Position numbers and translations under genes: made by a program | Assembly (NCBI GenBank): GCA_964016885.1 | Contig: OZ024758.1 | Coordinates: 30,380,001 to 30,444,000 of the forward strand | Reading direction: 5' to 3' | DNA length: 64,000 nt | Source: Eledone cirrhosa | Taxonomy: Eukaryota | The notes under the pieces: generated by a model | Seen by the model: only the letters and a program-made list of their open reading frames with translations | The model's database searches: none | Told to the model about the DNA's origin: nothing | Part shown: positions 59,374-64,000 of the stretch, one piece after another | How positions within the stretch are numbered: the first letter of the stretch is position 1 | Layout of the letters: every line of letters starts with the position of its first letter

Positions 59374-59409
59374 TCTTCTGATGAAGGACTAGCCTCCGAA
59401 ACGTTAAGA
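59374..59409 (+). ncRNA. Minimal type I hammerhead ribozyme motif (Penelope-type)
   Basis: UCUU CUGAUGA A GGA-CUAGCC-UCC GAAACGUUA AGA: conserved core with a minimal palindromic stem III. Confidence 0.7.
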
Positions 59410-59534
59410 CCCTCTACCTGCTATTTCAAGCGTTAAACTAATATATTCCTTCCATGTACTGTACCGTTTGTGTTGTTATTTCTGTTTACCTTTTACATAC
59501 ATATATATATATATATATATATGCATACAATAGC

Positions 59535-60110
59535 ATCATCATCATTTTACTTCTGCTTCTCCCTGCAAGGGTGGGATGGGTCCTCTTCAACACAGCATCT
59601 CTCCATTCCTCACAGCCTCTCATCATCTCCTCTGTGAGCTTCAGCAATCGGAGATTCAAACTCACCACCTCTGCCCATTTATTTTTTTGTGGTCTTCCTC
59701 TACTGTGTCTTCCTTCCACCGGGATTTCTTGGCACTTCTTCACCCAGCGGTCATCATCCATGCACATCACATGGCCATACTAACGCAGTCTTCTCTCCCG
59801 CACACTGCAGTTTATCCCTCTTATACACAGTTTCTCTCTCAACTCGTCTATGCTTAGTCGTTCACGCACATTGACATTGTACATCCATCGGAGCCTGCTT
59901 GCTTCATTTCTCCCCAGCCTTCACACCCTCTGCCGTTGCTGCCCATGTCTCACTACTATGCAACATTGTGCATCTCATACAAGCATCATATAACCGACCT
60001 TTCATTTGTAGGGAGAAACCCTTCATTGTCAACAGAGGAAGTAGCTCCCTAAACTTCTTCTATCCTGTCCTTATTCTAGATACTATGGACTCAGAGCATC
60101 ATCCACCCTT
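59535..60110 (-). mobile_element. RTE 3' fragment, related to 33630-33996
   Basis: MDDDRWVKKCQEIPVEGRHSRGRP. Upstream KGRLYDAC-like segment. Confidence 0.85.
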
Positions 60111-60469
60111 GCCACACACATATATTTATATATATACATATAATTAATGCAAAAGGAAAACCAAGGTTGCATTAATTATTTATGCTCTGTGGCTTTCACT
60201 GTCTTCATCTCCCAGTATTGTAACTCTTTGAAGTACACCTTTGACTTGGATTCCTGCATGCTGTCGACTTTAATAACACATCAAGTTTGACACACCTTAC
60301 CAAAATAATACTGGATTATTCCACTCTCATTATCTCTCTAAGACAAACATGTTTTTGCCTGCATCATATCACATAAACGTAAATTCATCTGATGAAATCA
60401 CACCCATACCAGCCAGCAAATGTAAGTACTGCAGCTTGAATTGCATATGGGTTGCCATAGAAATAATTA

Positions 60470-61096
60470 TCTATATATATAAAACTGAGGATGTCTGAAT
60501 GTGTGTGTCTGTGAGTTTGAATCCCTAAAACTTGAGAAGTACCCAACTGATTTTTGTCAAACTTTACATGTGTATTACTTATGTTTCAGGGATTCAAATT
60601 CAACTTTTTGGTCCCCTAGGGCCCGCATTAGGTGAAAAACTGTTTTTTCAGCGTTTTAGGGTTTTTTTGAGCTGTTACGTCAGAGCGATTTCCTTGAAAT
60701 TGTAACTATGTATTAGTCAGTCTCTTCTTCATACTGTGAGCAAAGAAAATCCAACTTTTTTATGGCCTAGGGCCCGCATTAAGTGAAAAACTTCATTTTT
60801 TCAGCTTTTTAGCGCTTTTTTGAGGCGTTACGTTTAGCCGATTTTCCCGAAATTTCAAGGCATATTATGCATATAAAAAAAATTCATTTTCTTGATCCCC
60901 CTAGGGCCCGCATTAGGTAAAAACCTGCTTTTTTCCTGCTTCATCGAGGAAAATCTTAAAGATTATCCAGCCATCAGAGTATTTGGTTTATTTTCTTTAC
61001 ATATTGTCCAGGCATGCAGTTTTTCCACGATTAGGTCTGTTGGCGGCCCGCGTTCCAAAATACCTTATCCTATGCAACGCCGGGTACCACTTCTAG
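60470..61096 (+). mobile_element. Non-autonomous Helitron-like element
   Basis: A|TCTATATATAT 5' end, GT/GTCT microsatellite, 3' gcaacgccggg...CTAG|T. Three internal ctagggcccgcatta units at about 60616, 60768 and 60901. Confidence 0.8.
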
Positions 61097-61839
61097 TAAT
61101 GAATAAATGCTTTATGTAAACACAGCATCTCTTTTAATGTTATTCTTTATATATATGTGTGTATATATGTTTTTCCTTTTCTGTATAACTTCATTTAGAC
61201 TGAGTTGAGGATACGAATAAGGTGAAACAATTGTTCTCGTTATGGTGAACTAACTGTTGTGGAACTACTTCTATATATATCATCATCATTTTACGTTCGC
61301 ATTTTCCCTGCTTGCAAGGGTGGGACGGGAACTGATTCTGGCTTGATTTCTACAGCTGGATGCCCTTCCTAACACCAACCTCATTTACAGTGAGTGTTGG
61401 GTGCTTTTTTTGCCGTGGCACCTCCATGACCACTTTGCAGTGGAATGATAGGGACCCCAGTCCCTATCATCTCATTTCTACAGCTGAGTAAACTGGAGCA
61501 ATGTGAAATAAAGTGTCTTGCTCAAGGAAACAACACATCACCTGGTCCGAGAATTGAACTCACAACCTTTCGATTGCAAGGCCAATGCTCTAACCACTAA
61601 GCCATGTGCCTCCATATATATATAAAATATATAATATGTTAGGAAGGACATCCAACCAGTATATATACTACTGCCAAACACTATGAACACAACGGTGATG
61701 ATGATGATATATAATTATAATATATATATATATATACGTCAGTAGCCCTGCTTGAGTACTGTCTCAGTTAGTGAAGACCTATCCAATCCTTACAAGCATG
61801 AAAAATGGACGTTAAATAATGATGATATTTATTTCATCA

Positions 61840-63030
61840 TCATTTTAGACTTGCTTTGGATTGGACAGGCCTTCTCCAACACAGCTTCCTCTAACTCGTT
61901 GCATGTCTTCTACATATTCTCTGTAAAGTTCAGCATTTCGAGGTCAGATCTCATCACCACTGCCTAGGTTTTCCTCGATCTTCCTTCCACTTAGTAGAAG
62001 TTCACACTAGGATCATCATCCATATACATCATGTGTTCATATTGGTGCAATCTTCTCTCTTGCACACTGCATTTGATCCTTCTTATACCCAGTTTTTATC
62101 TCACTTCATCTGTGCACCATTGTTCATACACATTAACAGCACTCATCCAATGGAGTATGCTTGATTCATTTCTCTCCAGCCTTCACATATCCTCTGCATT
62201 CACTACCTTTGTCTCACTATCATGCAACATCACATGCTGGTATCATACTACCCAGATAATAGAAGCTATCAACTTCTATGGGACATTTCCAGGATTGGAA
62301 AAAGTTTATTTCACTGGTACTCTTACTACTATCTCTGTGCATCTGCCATATATGTTGTATAACTTTTCTATTAGCCTGCTTACATTGCTTCTATATCCAT
62401 ATTTTTCATTAGTACACAGTATAGATTTTCTACTCCTTTTCTACAATACTGAAATTACTCTTTGTTGCTACTCTGAGGTATGTGATTGCTTGCTGATCAC
62501 ATATCAGCAAGCAATTGAGAAACTCAGAGTGGCAACGGAGAGTAATCTCAGTAATATAATAAATATTATACTCTATGGCAGCGGTTGCCAATCTTTGGGA
62601 CCTCATGCACAACTAAATTCATAATTTTAAATCCCGCAGACCACTAATATTAATTTTTTTAAAAAAGATAAATACATTAAAATTTTTCTGCAGACCACCA
62701 AACTTTTCTAGATACTATGGCCTCGGAACACTCCATCCCATGCTAATCTGATCACCTAGGAACCGGAAGCTATCAACCACTTCTATAGAACCTACCTGCA
62801 TTTAAAAAATATGTCTATCACTGCGATTACTACTGCCAACTTTCCCTGTACATCTATTGCATACGTATTTTTCCCTACCTGTTAGTTTGCCTGCTATCCC
62901 ACTACATCTCTTGTGTACCCAAGATCTGCATTGCGTACATTTTATAGAATTTATGCCAGTTCCTTTTCTACATATCGAACATGGTCATTTCCCTGATGGA
63001 ATCAGAGTTTTGTCCTCTTTTCTACTTATC
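61840..63030 (-). mobile_element. Highly decayed RTE fragments, interrupted
   Basis: 61860-62250 and 62700-63030 resemble the RTE C-terminal and RT-thumb regions seen elsewhere in the window. Confidence 0.55.
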
Positions 63031-64000
63031 AACACTTATCATGTATGTATCTATGTATCTCTCTCTCTCTCTCTATATATATATATACGTCTATCTATCT
63101 CTATATATGTAGGTGTGTGTATATAGAGGGAAACTATCAAATGGCGAAAATAGTGTCACACTAGGTGGATAATGAAAAATAACAGAGAAAACAAAAATAA
63201 AACAAGGGTAGAGAAAGAAAAATTAAATAGAAAAAAGGGAAAGTGCAAATTCTACACCATTGGCAGAACTGTACATCTTGGTTGCACTTAATGGACAAGA
63301 TGGTGAAAGCATTGCTGTGGAGAACAGCCAGCGTAGCCCACTGCATCAGTCATTCACCTTTCATGGGATTCTTTCCTCAGGTGAGATGTGTTCCTCTAAA
63401 TTTTGTGAAGGAAAATGGCAGTCTGGAGTCTGAGACACTGGTGATTTGATGGTAACCATCACAAAAAATGGTTGGTCAAAGCCTGGTGTTTGGCTATCTT
63501 CCACTTCTCTGCATTATGGGTGGTAATGCTCAGGTTTTTGGCCAAGGCAATGATGCTGGCACCAGAGGATATGTCCTCAAATAGAAAAAATGCTATTCTG
63601 CTTTGACGCCTATTGGAAATGTGGTTGAAGCTGAGAGACTTGCATACCGATGGGAAACTACTTGATGATATCGTTCAAGGTGACATGCTGAGGGAACTAA
63701 CCTGCACTGTGATGATAAGAGAGCAGTGTAGCCCGAACTTGTTAACCATTGCTTCACAACAGTGTGGGTGTGGCTGAGAAATGCAGAGGCCAATGCACAG
63801 GGTCACTCCGATGCAGGTGCTCTTGTTATCAAAACGTGTACTGGTTGATGTAGAGAGCACCAAATTGAACCACATGCTGCTGTTTGGCTATGAAGCAGAC
63901 TCGATCCATGTGCAAGTTGAACTGCATTTGATCTCATTCCAGTTGTGTTGGTGACTTGCATACTGGGAGGACTGCAAGGCCTTCGTTAACTCAGTTGACC

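Noticed and set aside
63240-64000. Possible host exons or GID4 first exon
   Set aside because: No GID4 N-terminal motif. The sequence weakly resembles a very decayed minus-strand LINE RT, too degraded to classify.

Overview
Eukaryotic, AT-rich, repeat-dense genomic DNA. The SINE/LINE content suggests a coleoid cephalopod, probably an octopod (inference). One host gene is recognisable: GID4 (Vid24-family substrate receptor of the GID/CTLH ligase), minus strand, with four coding exons at 35019-35186, 32161-32262, 28697-28827 and 27238-27301. Its first coding exon was not found and probably lies beyond 64000. The rest is mostly mobile DNA and tandem repeats: an intact CR1-group LINE (7130-11910), a rearranged Tx1/L1 element, a decayed near-full-length RTE, Dong/R4 remnants, two Helitron-like elements, piggyBac- and mariner-type MITEs, more than 20 tRNA-derived SINEs, kb-scale TA/TG microsatellites and a 200-N gap. 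Most notable: (1) the LINE ORF1 has a Myb/SANT-like domain and two CCCH fingers, and its ORF2 lacks an early ATG but is reachable by a -1 frameshift at U-UUU-UUA; (2) several type I hammerhead ribozyme motifs, including two ~340-bp foldback elements with one hammerhead per strand; (3) a 4.8-kb satellite that arose inside a piggyBac-type MITE end; (4) a 29/30-bp repeat forming many splice-acceptor look-alikes next to a GID4 exon. All family assignments come from reading motifs by eye, with no database search.
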